A stretch of 64,000 bases of DNA from Candidatus Dojkabacteria bacterium (GTDB lineage: Bacteria; Patescibacteriota; Dojkabacteria; J137), in NCBI GenBank assembly GCA_030834985.1, contig JAUQWV010000002.1, forward strand, positions 4,435-68,434. Reading direction: 5' to 3'. The first letter of the stretch is position 1; the number at the start of each line of letters is the position of its first letter. The notes below the pieces were generated by a model. It was not told where the DNA came from. It ran no database searches and worked only from the letters and a program-made list of their open reading frames with translations. Both the position numbers and the translations under genes were made by a program. Shown here one piece after another: positions 18,409 to 29,063 of this stretch.

Positions 18409-20691
18409 ATGGAATTTTCCAAAACCTATAACTTGGGAGGTGTAGATATTGATATCTCTACAGGAAAGCTAGCAAAGCTATCCCAAGGCTCAATTTTATT
18501 AAAAATGGGCGGAACATCTTTGCTGGCAACAGTTACAGTTGATAAGAAACAAGCAGAAGCTGACTTTTTCCCATTAACAGTTGAATACATTGAAAAAATG
18601 TATGCTAGAGGCGCAATTAGCGGAGCTAGATTTCAAAAAAGAGAAGGTTTACCTTCTGAAGAAGCAATAATTAAAGCAAGACAGGTTGATCATTCTGTTC
18701 GCTCTTTATTCCCAAAAAGCTTTAAAAAAGCAACAAACGTTATTTTAACAGTTCTAAGTTACGATCAAGAACACGATCCTGAAGTTTTAGCAGTATTAGG
18801 TGCTAGCTTAGGCTTAAGTTTAACAGGTATCCCATTCTATGGACCTTGCTCTGGAGTTGTTGCAGGCTATACAGCTGACGGTAAAGTAGTTTTAAATCCG
18901 TTAGTAGAAGGCCGAGAAGAATTTTTAGCAGAGTTCTTAATAACAGGTGTGGACGATAAAGCTTTAAGTATTGAAGGTTGGGCAAAAGAATTAACTGAAG
19001 AGCAAATGGATCAGGTTTTAGATGAATCTATGACTTTGATTAAACAAATGAATGCTGCTCAAACAGACTTTATAAATGAATATAAAAAAGCTGGTGGTGA
19101 AATTACTGTAGAAACAGAAGTTGAATACAACGATCTACCTGCACCAGAAGAATTGATTAATTCAATTAAAGAAGCTAAGTACGATGCAATTAAAGACAGC
19201 TTATTTCAACCTGAGCGTGCTGATAGACAAAAACTAATTAATACAATAAAAGAAGAATTAGTAGCTCAACATGTTAGTCCAGAAGCTACTGTTACTGAAA
19301 TGGATATCTCAAATGCAATTGAATATATTGCTAGAAAAATCATTCGAGAATCTATATTAAAAGAAGATAAAAGAAGATTAGGACGCGGATTAAAAGAAAT
19401 TCGACCGTTAAGTGCAGAAATTGACTTAATTCCAACAGTTCATGGATCTGCATTATTCAACAGAGGTTTAACACAATCATTATCGATTGCTACATTGGGT
19501 CCAATCGGAATTGCTCAAATTCTAGATGAAATGGAAGGTGAACGAACAAAACGATTCTTACATCACTATAATATGCCTCCTTATTCAACTGGTGAAGTTG
19601 GCAGATTCGGCTATCACCCAGGCAGACGTGAAATTGGTCACGGAGCAATAGGAGAAAACGCATTAAAAAATATGTTGCCAACAGAGGAAGAATTTCCATA
19701 TACAATTCGTGTTGTATCTGAAATCTTAAACTCTAACGGCTCAACATCAATGGCAGCTACTTGCGCTTCATCTATGGCATTAATGGTTGCAGGTGTTCCA
19801 TTAAAGAAAGCCGTTGCAGGAATCGGTGTTGGTTTAATGACAGAAGATAACAATGAAGATTCCTATAAACTATTATTAGATATTGAAGGAATTGAAGACT
19901 TTTATGGCGATATGGACTTTAAAGTTACAGGAACTGATACAGGAATTACTGCTGTTCAATACGAAAATAAACTTAGAGGCGTAAAGTTAAATGTTCTAAA
20001 AGAAGCATTTAGATTAGCAAAAGAAGGAAGATCTCAAGTTTTAGAAGTGATGAATTCAGTAATAAGTGCGCCAAGACCAAACTTGCCTGCCAACGCGCCA
20101 ATTGTCGAAAAAATTACAATCGACAAAGAATCAATTGGCGCTTTAATCGGCCCAGGTGGAAAGAATATTAAAGATTTAGTGGCTAAAGCTACAGAGTTTG
20201 GTAAAGAAGCACCAGATATTAATATTGATGACAATGGTATTGTTACAATTTCTGCAAGCAACGGCGAACAGCTTCAATTTATTAAAGATACAATTGAAAA
20301 AAACTTTGCAGAAGCAGAAGTTGGTGAAATATATGAAGGTGTAGTTGATAAAGTTATGTCTTATGGAGTATTTATTAATGTAAGCAATAACATAACAGGA
20401 CTTTGCCACTTATCTGAAATATTTAAAGAAAGAGTAAACGTTGATATGGAAAAAATCTTTAACGAGGGTGATATAGTAAAAGTTAAAGTAATTAGTATTG
20501 AAAACGGTAAAACTAACTTTAGCATGAAAGATATCGAGCAGGATCCAAGTATTCAGCAAAAGATTGATAATCCTCAAGATTATCCAGCTCCTGAGTTCAA
20601 AAGAGAAGATAGACGTGATGATAGAGGAGACCGCCGAGGAAGCTTTAACAGAGACCGTGGCGAAAGACGATTTAAAAGATCTAGGTTCTAA
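18409..20691 (+). CDS. pnp: Polyribonucleotide nucleotidyltransferase (PNPase)
   Basis: DFFPLTVEY, HGSALFNRG, RREIGHG, SNGSTSMA, GDMDFKV, KH domain (IGPGGKNIK), S1 domain. Confidence 0.98.
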   Translation: MEFSKTYNLGGVDIDISTGKLAKLSQGSILLKMGGTSLLATVTVDKKQAEADFFPLTVEYIEKMYARGAISGARFQKREGLPSEEAIIKARQVDHSVRSLFPKSFKKATNVILTVLSYDQEHDPEVLAVLGASLGLSLTGIPFYGPCSGVVAGYTADGKVVLNPLVEGREEFLAEFLITGVDDKALSIEGWAKELTEEQMDQVLDESMTLIKQMNAAQTDFINEYKKAGGEITVETEVEYNDLPAPEELINSIKEAKYDAIKDSLFQPERADRQKLINTIKEELVAQHVSPEATVTEMDISNAIEYIARKIIRESILKEDKRRLGRGLKEIRPLSAEIDLIPTVHGSALFNRGLTQSLSIATLGPIGIAQILDEMEGERTKRFLHHYNMPPYSTGEVGRFGYHPGRREIGHGAIGENALKNMLPTEEEFPYTIRVVSEILNSNGSTSMAATCASSMALMVAGVPLKKAVAGIGVGLMTEDNNEDSYKLLLDIEGIEDFYGDMDFKVTGTDTGITAVQYENKLRGVKLNVLKEAFRLAKEGRSQVLEVMNSVISAPRPNLPANAPIVEKITIDKESIGALIGPGGKNIKDLVAKATEFGKEAPDINIDDNGIVTISASNGEQLQFIKDTIEKNFAEAEVGEIYEGVVDKVMSYGVFINVSNNITGLCHLSEIFKERVNVDMEKIFNEGDIVKVKVISIENGKTNFSMKDIEQDPSIQQKIDNPQDYPAPEFKREDRRDDRGDRRGSFNRDRGERRFKRSRF

Positions 20692-20721
20692 TAGAAGATA
20701 TTAAAGTAATAATAGAATATT

Positions 20722-20752
20722 AAGAGCCCAGCCTTCGGCTGGGCTCTTTTTT
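20722..20752 (+). terminator. Intrinsic terminator after pnp
   Basis: AAGAGCCCAGCC-TTC-GGCTGGGCTCTT followed by a T run. Confidence 0.9.
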
Positions 20753-20819
20753 AGTATGAATTCTTCGTGAATTTTATCTACTTTCCATATATACTATCAA
20801 TAGAATTATATAGTTATAT

Positions 20820-21410
20820 ATGTCCAAAATAAGGTTTGATTTAGTTGCGGCTCACATAATTTCATGGGTATTAGATCCATTTCTTGTAGTTATAGTTACA
20901 TTGATTGCTTCTCACTTAGTACAAATAGATCAAAATCCTGGCCCATTTGTACTTTTCTTGTGTGTAGCAGGTTTACCATTATTCTTCTATTATCTGTACG
21001 TTGAATATCAACATAAAGAAAAGCCATGGCAATTTTTTATAAATGTTCCTAGAGAGCGTAGAAATACTTTACTATTAATGGCTACTTATACTTTTTTGTT
21101 TAATACATTGATATTTGCAACACAGGGAATTGTACTTTGGCAAAAAATATCAATTATGTTTGTTATATATGCTGGAATTATGTATTTAGCTAATCGGTTT
21201 TTAGATAAAGCCAGCTGGCATGCAGGAGCTTTTGCGTTTAGTGTACTTTATTTAGCAGATAAAATTGCTATTCAATATGCACTGCTGTTAATATTACTCC
21301 CTGTAGTCTATTGGGCTAGAATGAAATTAAATAGACACACCTGGATACAATTATATTTAGGTACAGTAATAGGTCTAATAATGGGTCTGTTATCGTGGTT
21401 GATCTCGTAA
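20820..21410 (+). CDS. PAP2-like integral membrane protein
   Basis: Multiple TMs; KASWH and WAR..L.RHT..Q...G motifs. Confidence 0.65.
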   Translation: MSKIRFDLVAAHIISWVLDPFLVVIVTLIASHLVQIDQNPGPFVLFLCVAGLPLFFYYLYVEYQHKEKPWQFFINVPRERRNTLLLMATYTFLFNTLIFATQGIVLWQKISIMFVIYAGIMYLANRFLDKASWHAGAFAFSVLYLADKIAIQYALLLILLPVVYWARMKLNRHTWIQLYLGTVIGLIMGLLSWLIS

Positions 21411-21447
21411 TTATGTGTAAAGTACACTTATTGATACTATATTAAGT

Positions 21448-23214
21448 ATGCCTCAAGTTTTTAGAAATAGAATAAAAAGTATAACTTCGGTTTTAAGCAA
21501 AGAGCAGACTGTAATCCTGGAAACAGCCTTTTTAACAATGATTCCTATTTTACTGACCAAAATTACTGGTCAGTTTTTTAACCTTTTGGCGGCTTCGTAT
21601 TTTGGTACTAATAATGTTGGGTGGAATCAGTTTCTGTTAGCAACCTCGATTCCTGACATGCTTACGAATGTATTATTGGGCGGAGCAATTGGGTCTGTAA
21701 TAATTCCGGGTCTTATTGCTATTAAAAAGAAAAAAGGTGCAGAGGAATTCCTTAAAGCATATAACTCAGTAATAACTTCTGCAATATTAATTTTCTCTTT
21801 AATATCTCTGATTCTGGCTCTATTAGCAGACTTTATATTCCCGTTATTCTTAAGAACATTAATTCCTGGTCAAACATCTCTTTCTGGTGAAGATATTGCA
21901 TCAATAACTTCTATGATGAGAGTTTTGCTTATTCCTCAAATAATTTTAGGTGTAAGCGTATTAGTTTCTAGCGGGCTTAATATTTACAACAGATATTTAG
22001 TTCCTCAGCTTGCTCCATTATTTTTTAATGTAGGAAGGATTTTAGGTTTGGTAATTTTAGTTCCATTAATGAATTATAGCCCATGGGCAATTGTTATTGG
22101 AGTAATTACAGGTTCTGTTCTGCATTTGGGAATACAATTGCCCTTATTTAGGCAAATTGGTTTCCGCTATAAATTGTTCTTTTCTTACACCAAAGATTTA
22201 AGAAACATGCTTTTAATAAGTCTGCCAAGAACTTTTGCTTTAATGAGCGAAAATATTGCTTTAACTTTTAATGACTTTTTAGCATTTCAAATAGGTGGCT
22301 TAGCATCTTTAAATTATGCTAATTCACTTTCTTTAATTGTTCCAAGCCTGTTTGGAGCAACATTTGCATATGCTTCATTCCCGGCTTTGACTGAATTTTT
22401 TGAAGATGAAAATCTTGAAAAAGTAAAATATATAATTACAAAAACCCTTAACGAGATGCTGTTTTTAGCGCTTCCATTTGTAATAACAATTTTAATTTTA
22501 AGAGTTGCTGTTGTTAGATTAGCTTTTGGTATTTTACCTAATACAAGACTTGATTTAGAAGGTACTTATCAGATTGCGTGGGTGCTGTTATGGTTTGCAG
22601 TCGGGCATATTTTTATTTGCGGAAAATGGTTTATGTATAGAGTGTTTTATGCCGCAAAGCAAACAGTGATTCCGCTTATAGTTTCTTTAATAAGTTTAGT
22701 TTTGACTATTGTACTTGGCGTTTTGTTTACAAACTTATTTAGTCATAATGCTGAATTTTCTATAACTTCAACACAGTTATCGTTAGAAAACTTCTTTGAA
22801 AGATCTACATCTATTGCTGCTGTTGGAGGAATTGCGCTTGGTATAAGTGTAGCGTATTCAATTGAATTTATTATGCTGTTAATAATATTCCACAAAACTA
22901 AAGTTAAGTTGGATATTAAGCAATTATTAGTTTCAGTTTCAAAAAAATTGATAGCTGGTGCGTCTATGTTTGTAGTAATGTACTTAGTTTACAAAACATG
23001 GAATATCTTAACTTATGCGTTGCCGGTTTCAGCAACATTCAGCTATCGAGGTTCTACTACTATAAACTTGTTCCTACTTACTTTAATAACAGTTGCAACT
23101 TCATTTATGGTTTACTACCTGGTATGTTTATTCTTAAAAGTAGAGGAATTAAAGATACTTAAGAGATATTTAAATCCGATATTTAAGATTGGTGGAGTGC
23201 AAATTAAAGATTAA
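21448..23214 (+). CDS. murJ: MurJ/MviN-family lipid II flippase
   Basis: About 14 TMs; AASYFG, IPDML, PQLAPLFFNVG, LQLP-like IQLPL, RVFYAAKQT. Confidence 0.88.
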   Translation: MPQVFRNRIKSITSVLSKEQTVILETAFLTMIPILLTKITGQFFNLLAASYFGTNNVGWNQFLLATSIPDMLTNVLLGGAIGSVIIPGLIAIKKKKGAEEFLKAYNSVITSAILIFSLISLILALLADFIFPLFLRTLIPGQTSLSGEDIASITSMMRVLLIPQIILGVSVLVSSGLNIYNRYLVPQLAPLFFNVGRILGLVILVPLMNYSPWAIVIGVITGSVLHLGIQLPLFRQIGFRYKLFFSYTKDLRNMLLISLPRTFALMSENIALTFNDFLAFQIGGLASLNYANSLSLIVPSLFGATFAYASFPALTEFFEDENLEKVKYIITKTLNEMLFLALPFVITILILRVAVVRLAFGILPNTRLDLEGTYQIAWVLLWFAVGHIFICGKWFMYRVFYAAKQTVIPLIVSLISLVLTIVLGVLFTNLFSHNAEFSITSTQLSLENFFERSTSIAAVGGIALGISVAYSIEFIMLLIIFHKTKVKLDIKQLLVSVSKKLIAGASMFVVMYLVYKTWNILTYALPVSATFSYRGSTTINLFLLTLITVATSFMVYYLVCLFLKVEELKILKRYLNPIFKIGGVQIKD

Positions 23215-24023
23215 ATATCTACATTATTCAGGGATTCAGTTAATGCTACCCATTCTTCAAAAGTAAGTTCAGCCGGTCTTGCGGTAGATTTAATACTTAA
23301 GTTTGCATACGAATCTTGAATATTTTGTTCTATAAATTTTTTTGATGACTTTAAATTATTATTTAAAGTTTTTCGAGGATTTGAAAATCCGATTCTTAAA
23401 AGTTTATTAATTTCAGCATAATTAGTAGAAATGTTCTCATGGATTTCAAATCTCAAAATCCCACCATTTACTTTAGGTTCAGGATAGAACATATACTTAG
23501 GAATGCTTTCAAGTTTTCTGACCTTTGCAAATATTTTTGCATAATTACTTAGAAAGCTGGCTTTAGGGACAGCAGCAACATAATCTTTTGCCACTTCTTC
23601 CTGCACAATAAATGTGCAGATTTTTATATTATATTTGTCATTTTCAAGATTGAACCTAAGGCATAGATCAATAATCTTTTTAGAGATATTGTAAGGTAAA
23701 GCACCTGTTACTTTTATTGATTGAGTAGCGTTATGCTGAGCTAGGACTTCTGGTAGGTCGACTTGTAGAATATCTTGATGCACTAATACAAAGTTACTAT
23801 ATTTTTCAAATTGTTTTAATAATTTAGGTACTAAGTCATAGTCGACCTCAAAAGAGATTACTTTACAGCCTGTTTCGAGCAAAAACTTTGTTACAGCGCC
23901 ATCTCCGGGGCCGATTTCTACTATTGTATCTTCCGGAGTTAATTTAAGTTCGCTAACTAAAGTTTTTGCGTATTTTGTATTTTTCAAAAAGTTCTGGCCG
24001 AACTGTTTCTTAAAGTTATGCAT
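23211..24023 (-). CDS. rsmA: 16S rRNA A1518/A1519 dimethyltransferase
   Basis: KKQFGQNFL, EIGPGDG, LPYNIS, VQEEVA, FYPEPKVNG, RKTLNNNL. Confidence 0.95.
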   Translation of the reverse strand: MHNFKKQFGQNFLKNTKYAKTLVSELKLTPEDTIVEIGPGDGAVTKFLLETGCKVISFEVDYDLVPKLLKQFEKYSNFVLVHQDILQVDLPEVLAQHNATQSIKVTGALPYNISKKIIDLCLRFNLENDKYNIKICTFIVQEEVAKDYVAAVPKASFLSNYAKIFAKVRKLESIPKYMFYPEPKVNGGILRFEIHENISTNYAEINKLLRIGFSNPRKTLNNNLKSSKKFIEQNIQDSYANLSIKSTARPAELTFEEWVALTESLNNVDI

Positions 24024-24096
24024 AATCGGATTATACCTTATATATGACGGTATTTCTGTATAGGAAATGACGTCATAACATGTATAATAAAAAGGT

Positions 24097-25869
24097 ATGA
24101 AGAATTTGATTACATTAGTTTTATTTGCCTTAGTAAGTATTATTACTACCAGCAGCGTAAAAGCTGATGTAGTGTCTGAATATCATCTTAATTTAAATAT
24201 AACCAACGACTTAAGCGCTCAAATCAGCCTAGAAGTGGATTTGCATAATAACGCTACAGGCTCAGTAATAAGAGCCTATAGTTTAGATTTCCCTTTTACT
24301 ATTGTAAATGCTGAAGCTAAACTTAATGGCGAAACAGTAGATATAAGCATCGATAAGCTTTCAGATGGCTCAAGAATTAATGTAACTTTCTTTAATAAGG
24401 TAATAAATGACAATTCAGATGGTAGGTTGAATATAACTTTATTTGCTGATAGTCCCATAGTTCAGAAATACGACATATCTCAATTATTGCTGCCGTATCC
24501 TGAATCGAATTTTAGCTATCAGGAAGTAACTGCAAATGTAACATATCCAGTATCACTTGGAACTCCTACTTTAATATCAGAATATAAATATAACTTTACT
24601 TCGCTAAACAGTGAACAGAATCAAATATCGTTATCGCAGAAAAATCCTTTGATGATAATTTGGGGAACTCCTAAATATAATGTAGGTTTTGATCTGACTT
24701 TAAGGAATCTTAAAGATACATCTAATCACTATCTGCTTGGTTTAGTTCCTGAATACAAAAACCAAATAGTTCATTATATAAATGTAAACACAGCTGAATA
24801 TGCTTTAACAGATAAACTTGGCAATGCATTTTCTTATTTAAAACTAGAACGTAATAGTAATATTCCTATAAATAATTCAGTGAATATAGAAGTTAATTCA
24901 GATAACTCGGAATCTGGATATCCTGAAAAATATAATTGGAGTTTAAATTTGGATTCTACTTTAGGACAAAAGATATACTCACAAATTAACCAGGGCACTG
25001 AAGTTATAGGTAAATTAAATGCACTCAATGATTTTCTAGTTTCTAATTTTGAAGTAGATGATAAAAGAATTGATGCTGGATCGTTAGACAAGATATGGGA
25101 AAATGGTAATAAAAGCTTAAATCAGCTGCAATTCTGTTATTTAATAGTATCTACTGCTGAATATTTAGGATTACCAGCACGTATAAATTATGGGTATTCA
25201 ATTTTAAATCCAGGATTACAGGCAGGAGCTCATCCGTCTATTTGGTGCGAGGTATTGGTAGATGGCAGAGATATTTCGTTTGATGTTCCAAATCAAAAAT
25301 TATTTAAGATATCGTATTTCAATACCTCGCACATAGACAAGCTTAGAATGGGAACTTGGCATCCTGTACAGTCATATAACGATATTCTAGGGCTTTTAAT
25401 TAATAATCCTTACGAGATAACTATTAATCCGTTGGCGGTTAAGCAAGGACTTGAAACTAATGTTTCCATGCAGCTAGAGTTTCCAGAAAAAGTCTTTTCC
25501 GGTGAATTTTATTCGGGAATAATAAAGATTAAGAATAATTCAACTAAGCTGCTTACATTTACGGAGCTGAAGTTAAATGGTGGATCAATTTTAAATAATA
25601 TAGTTGTTGGCGATTTAACTAAAGCAGTAATGCCTTTACAGGAGAATTCGTTAAAAGTAGATTATTTGCGCGAAACTGATTTTATTCTTGATAAAACAAT
25701 TTCAGTTAACATCGAAGCAGAATTAAACAAAAATATAAGTTTAAAAGCACAGGAAAATGTAACCTTTGAACCAGATTATAAGTTGATTGCCATTTTTGTT
25801 GTAATAATTTTAGTAGTTGTATTTATTTTGTTATTCTTAGTTAGCAGATTGTTAAAGAAGAAGTTTTAA
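24097..25869 (+). CDS. Transglutaminase-like domain surface protein, probably degenerate, with C-terminal TM
   Basis: Signal peptide; GLPARINYGY...IWCEV...FDVP core; C-terminal TM and basic tail. Confidence 0.65.
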   Translation: MKNLITLVLFALVSIITTSSVKADVVSEYHLNLNITNDLSAQISLEVDLHNNATGSVIRAYSLDFPFTIVNAEAKLNGETVDISIDKLSDGSRINVTFFNKVINDNSDGRLNITLFADSPIVQKYDISQLLLPYPESNFSYQEVTANVTYPVSLGTPTLISEYKYNFTSLNSEQNQISLSQKNPLMIIWGTPKYNVGFDLTLRNLKDTSNHYLLGLVPEYKNQIVHYINVNTAEYALTDKLGNAFSYLKLERNSNIPINNSVNIEVNSDNSESGYPEKYNWSLNLDSTLGQKIYSQINQGTEVIGKLNALNDFLVSNFEVDDKRIDAGSLDKIWENGNKSLNQLQFCYLIVSTAEYLGLPARINYGYSILNPGLQAGAHPSIWCEVLVDGRDISFDVPNQKLFKISYFNTSHIDKLRMGTWHPVQSYNDILGLLINNPYEITINPLAVKQGLETNVSMQLEFPEKVFSGEFYSGIIKIKNNSTKLLTFTELKLNGGSILNNIVVGDLTKAVMPLQENSLKVDYLRETDFILDKTISVNIEAELNKNISLKAQENVTFEPDYKLIAIFVVIILVVVFILLFLVSRLLKKKF

Positions 25870-25932
25870 TTTTGAACTTTAGCTCACTTACCTTTATACT
25901 GATAAATGCTATAGAATTAATTTAATATACCA

Positions 25933-27315
25933 ATGGTCGAATTCAAAAATGTTTCAAAAGTTTATGATAATAGAATCTTCGCAGTAAACGAAGTTAACTT
26001 TAGTATTGAGCAGGGTGAATTTGTATTTTTAATTGGCCCTTCGGGCAGCGGTAAAACTACAATCATCAAAATGCTTATTAGAGACGAAATTCCTTCTTCA
26101 GGAAAGATAATCTTTAATGATATGGATATTACTAAAATAACCAGAAATAAGGTCTATACTTTAAGACGCGAAATCGGTGTGATTTTTCAAGACTATAAAC
26201 TGGTGCAAGAAAAAACTGCTTACGAGAATGTTGCCTTTGCAATGGAAGCTGCAGGTAAAAAAGATAAAGAGATCAGAGAAACTGTGCCTTATGTTTTAGA
26301 TATTGTGGGACTTTCAAGTAGAATGAAAGCTTTTCCTAGACAATTATCGGGAGGTGAACAACAAAGGGTAACTATTGCAAGAGCTATTGCCAATAACCCA
26401 AAAATTTTGATTGCAGATGAGCCCACTGGGAATCTTGATCCTGCTAGTGCTTGGGATATTGTTCAAATACTTTCAAAGATTAATAACTGGGGTACAACAG
26501 TGATAATGTCTACTCATGGTACAGATATTGTTAATGCGCTAAATAAAAGGATTATTCAAATGGATGGCGGCAAAATTGTCAGAGACGACAGCGGTGGTAC
26601 TTACGATGAATCCAACGACAATTTTGCCGCTAAACTATTAGAAAAAACACAGGAAGAAGAAGTAACTCATCCTAAGACTACTTTTAAAGTAAAAATTACC
26701 TCTAAGGATGAAGGGAATTTATTAGATGAACCTGAAGCTTTAGAAGAAGATGGAACAGAGCCTTCTAAAAAAGGAGTTTTAGGTATTTTTGATAGACTTA
26801 AGCGAAAACCAGTAACTGAAGAAGTAGAAGAAATCGTAGAAGATGAAGCTGAAGTAGAGCAAGAACCTGAATCAGATGATGAAATAATAGGTAAGAATGA
26901 AGAAAGTATTGTAGATGTAATTGAAAATACAGAAAGCAACTTAGACGATACCGTTCCTGATATTTTAGATCCGATTCCAGTTCCGGAGGCAAAACCGCAG
27001 ACTTTAGCTCGTAAAAGAACTCCAAAATCAGAAGAGTTAGAGCCAGAAGATGAAAAAGTTCATGTTGCAGGAAAAATTAAAATAAGTAATAAAAAAGCAA
27101 AAGAATTAGTATCTAAAGCAAAAACTCCAATTAGTAAATTAAAATTAAGTAAGGAGATCCTTAAAGATTTAAAAACTGCAGGGTACAAATATGTGGAAGA
27201 GATAATAGAAGATGGCCCAGAAGGTTTATCGGATAATCTTATGATTGATCCGGAAGAGGTTGTTTTAGTTTCTAAGGAAATAAAAAGATTCTTAGAAGAA
27301 AAAGATAATATATAA
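25933..27315 (+). CDS. ftsE: Cell division ATPase FtsE with long acidic C-terminal extension
   Basis: GPSGSGKTT, RREIGVIFQDYKL, LSGGEQQRV, ADEPTGNLDP; precedes ftsX. Confidence 0.93.
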   Translation: MVEFKNVSKVYDNRIFAVNEVNFSIEQGEFVFLIGPSGSGKTTIIKMLIRDEIPSSGKIIFNDMDITKITRNKVYTLRREIGVIFQDYKLVQEKTAYENVAFAMEAAGKKDKEIRETVPYVLDIVGLSSRMKAFPRQLSGGEQQRVTIARAIANNPKILIADEPTGNLDPASAWDIVQILSKINNWGTTVIMSTHGTDIVNALNKRIIQMDGGKIVRDDSGGTYDESNDNFAAKLLEKTQEEEVTHPKTTFKVKITSKDEGNLLDEPEALEEDGTEPSKKGVLGIFDRLKRKPVTEEVEEIVEDEAEVEQEPESDDEIIGKNEESIVDVIENTESNLDDTVPDILDPIPVPEAKPQTLARKRTPKSEELEPEDEKVHVAGKIKISNKKAKELVSKAKTPISKLKLSKEILKDLKTAGYKYVEEIIEDGPEGLSDNLMIDPEEVVLVSKEIKRFLEEKDNI

Positions 27316-27326
27316 TAATTTAGATT

Positions 27327-28343
27327 ATGTTTGGAAGAATTTTATCGAATACAAGAAAACAAATTACTAGAAGCGGATGGTCTGCATGGGCTTCTATTTG
27401 TGTAATGACATTAGCTTTTTTGGTAGCAACAATTTTTGGTGGACTTGCTTATGTTTCAAATGTCTATATTCAATACATAGAATCAAAGAGTAATGTTCTA
27501 GTGTTTTTTGAAGAAGGTATGAATGTAGAGGTTATTGATTCATTACGCGAAAAATGGGCAAATAATCCCAAAATTAAGGGTATTACATATACTTCAGAGT
27601 CCGATGCATATCAATTATATGCAGACTATACAGCAGTAGTTCAAAAGGAAGTTTATACAGTACTTAAAACTAAAGAAAGCAAAACCCTGCCATCAAGCTT
27701 AGATATACAAATTTATTCGTTGGAAGATTTACAATCTTTAAAGAGTGAACTTGAACAAGATATTGAAGAAGCAAATAAATCACTACAGATTGTAGATACA
27801 TCAGAAGCAGAAAGTCCCGCTTCTTATCCTCAACAAGCCAGGTATCAATATTCTAAAGATCCTACACAAAAACCGATTGTATTAAAAGTTGACGATCAGA
27901 GTTTAGATCAGCTAAGGCAAGTCCTTTATTTCTTACGTGTAGTTGGAATTGCAGTATTAACAATATTATTTATAGGTATATTCTTCTTTACTTTCTTAGC
28001 AATTGAGTTTAGACTTCAAAGCCAAACAGAAGAGATAGGTGTTATGCAGCTGGTTGGTGGAAGTCTGTTCTTTATTAGATCGCCATATGTACTTGAGGGT
28101 GGCTTTTACGGCTTTGTGGGTGCGGCCGTATCAACCCTGATAATAGGCTCGTTTCTATTTGGAGTATTTGTGCTGAATAAATCATCAACTGTATCCGTAT
28201 TCTTATTTAAGATGTTCAATCAGCTACCTTGGCCGCACATTAGTGACTTAGGGTGGATAGTAATAATATTTGGATTATCAGGAATAGGATTCTTAATTGG
28301 AGCTTTAAGTAGTTACTTATCTATTAGAAGATATATTAGATAA
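27327..28343 (+). CDS. ftsX: Cell division permease FtsX
   Basis: 4-TM layout; EEIGVMQLVGGS.FFIRSPYVLEG; follows ftsE. Confidence 0.9.
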   Translation: MFGRILSNTRKQITRSGWSAWASICVMTLAFLVATIFGGLAYVSNVYIQYIESKSNVLVFFEEGMNVEVIDSLREKWANNPKIKGITYTSESDAYQLYADYTAVVQKEVYTVLKTKESKTLPSSLDIQIYSLEDLQSLKSELEQDIEEANKSLQIVDTSEAESPASYPQQARYQYSKDPTQKPIVLKVDDQSLDQLRQVLYFLRVVGIAVLTILFIGIFFFTFLAIEFRLQSQTEEIGVMQLVGGSLFFIRSPYVLEGGFYGFVGAAVSTLIIGSFLFGVFVLNKSSTVSVFLFKMFNQLPWPHISDLGWIVIIFGLSGIGFLIGALSSYLSIRRYIR

Positions 28344-28355
28344 TAATTTAAGCCT

Positions 28356-28763
28356 ATGATAATTAAGAAAATATATTTAATAGTTCAAAATATCTTAGTT
28401 TTCTTTTTTGTTTGGGCGATTTTTAGAAAAACTTTAATAATTGGCGGCAGTTTGTTTGTTGATGAATTTATGGTTGCTTTACTGTATGGACTGTTAATTG
28501 CATTTACTCCAAATCTATTAAAATTCTTCAAACTGCCTGTTAATTTCGGCTCATTATTTTTAATAACTTTAATAATTTCGTTTTTATATTTTTTTGTAGA
28601 GATCTCGGTTTTAAATATAATTAACTTAACAGGTCAAAACTTAAATCTTGGGTTGGATTTTGTGGGTACTATAGTTCTTGAAGATAAAACATATGCTTTG
28701 GTACTTTTAAGTGTTATAACCTCGCTTCTATCTGTAAGCATGGAACTGTTAAAGAAAAAATAA
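28356..28763 (+). CDS. 4-TM membrane protein, phage-holin-family-like (YvlD/DUF360-like)
   Basis: Four hydrophobic segments; PNLLKFFKLPVN resembles the P.L..L.LP.N motif. Confidence 0.5.
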   Translation: MIIKKIYLIVQNILVFFFVWAIFRKTLIIGGSLFVDEFMVALLYGLLIAFTPNLLKFFKLPVNFGSLFLITLIISFLYFFVEISVLNIINLTGQNLNLGLDFVGTIVLEDKTYALVLLSVITSLLSVSMELLKKK

Positions 28764-28829
28764 AACTGCGAATGGTTAAGCCAGCTTTAGTGTTATAATA
28801 AAACGAATTTACTTTGAATCTACATAATT

Positions 28830-29063
28830 ATGAGTATTACAGATATCCTAAAATACGTTCTTGTAGTTATCTCTATATTATTAATGGTAGCCGTTTTACT
28901 TCAAAACCGCAGTGGCGGTATTGGTACTGTCTTTGGTGGATCAGGCGGCGGCGAGTTTTATAGATCAAAAAGAGGAATTGAAGCATTTTTATATAACGGA
29001 ACAATTATTTTAGGTATACTATTTGCAATAGTATCTTTAAGTATTGCCGTTCTAAATGCCTAA
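28830..29063 (+). CDS. secG: Preprotein translocase subunit SecG
   Basis: AVLLQNRSGGIGTVFGG...RGIEAFL; two TMs. Extended -10 TGTTATAAT at 28791-28799. Confidence 0.93.
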   Translation: MSITDILKYVLVVISILLMVAVLLQNRSGGIGTVFGGSGGGEFYRSKRGIEAFLYNGTIILGILFAIVSLSIAVLNA

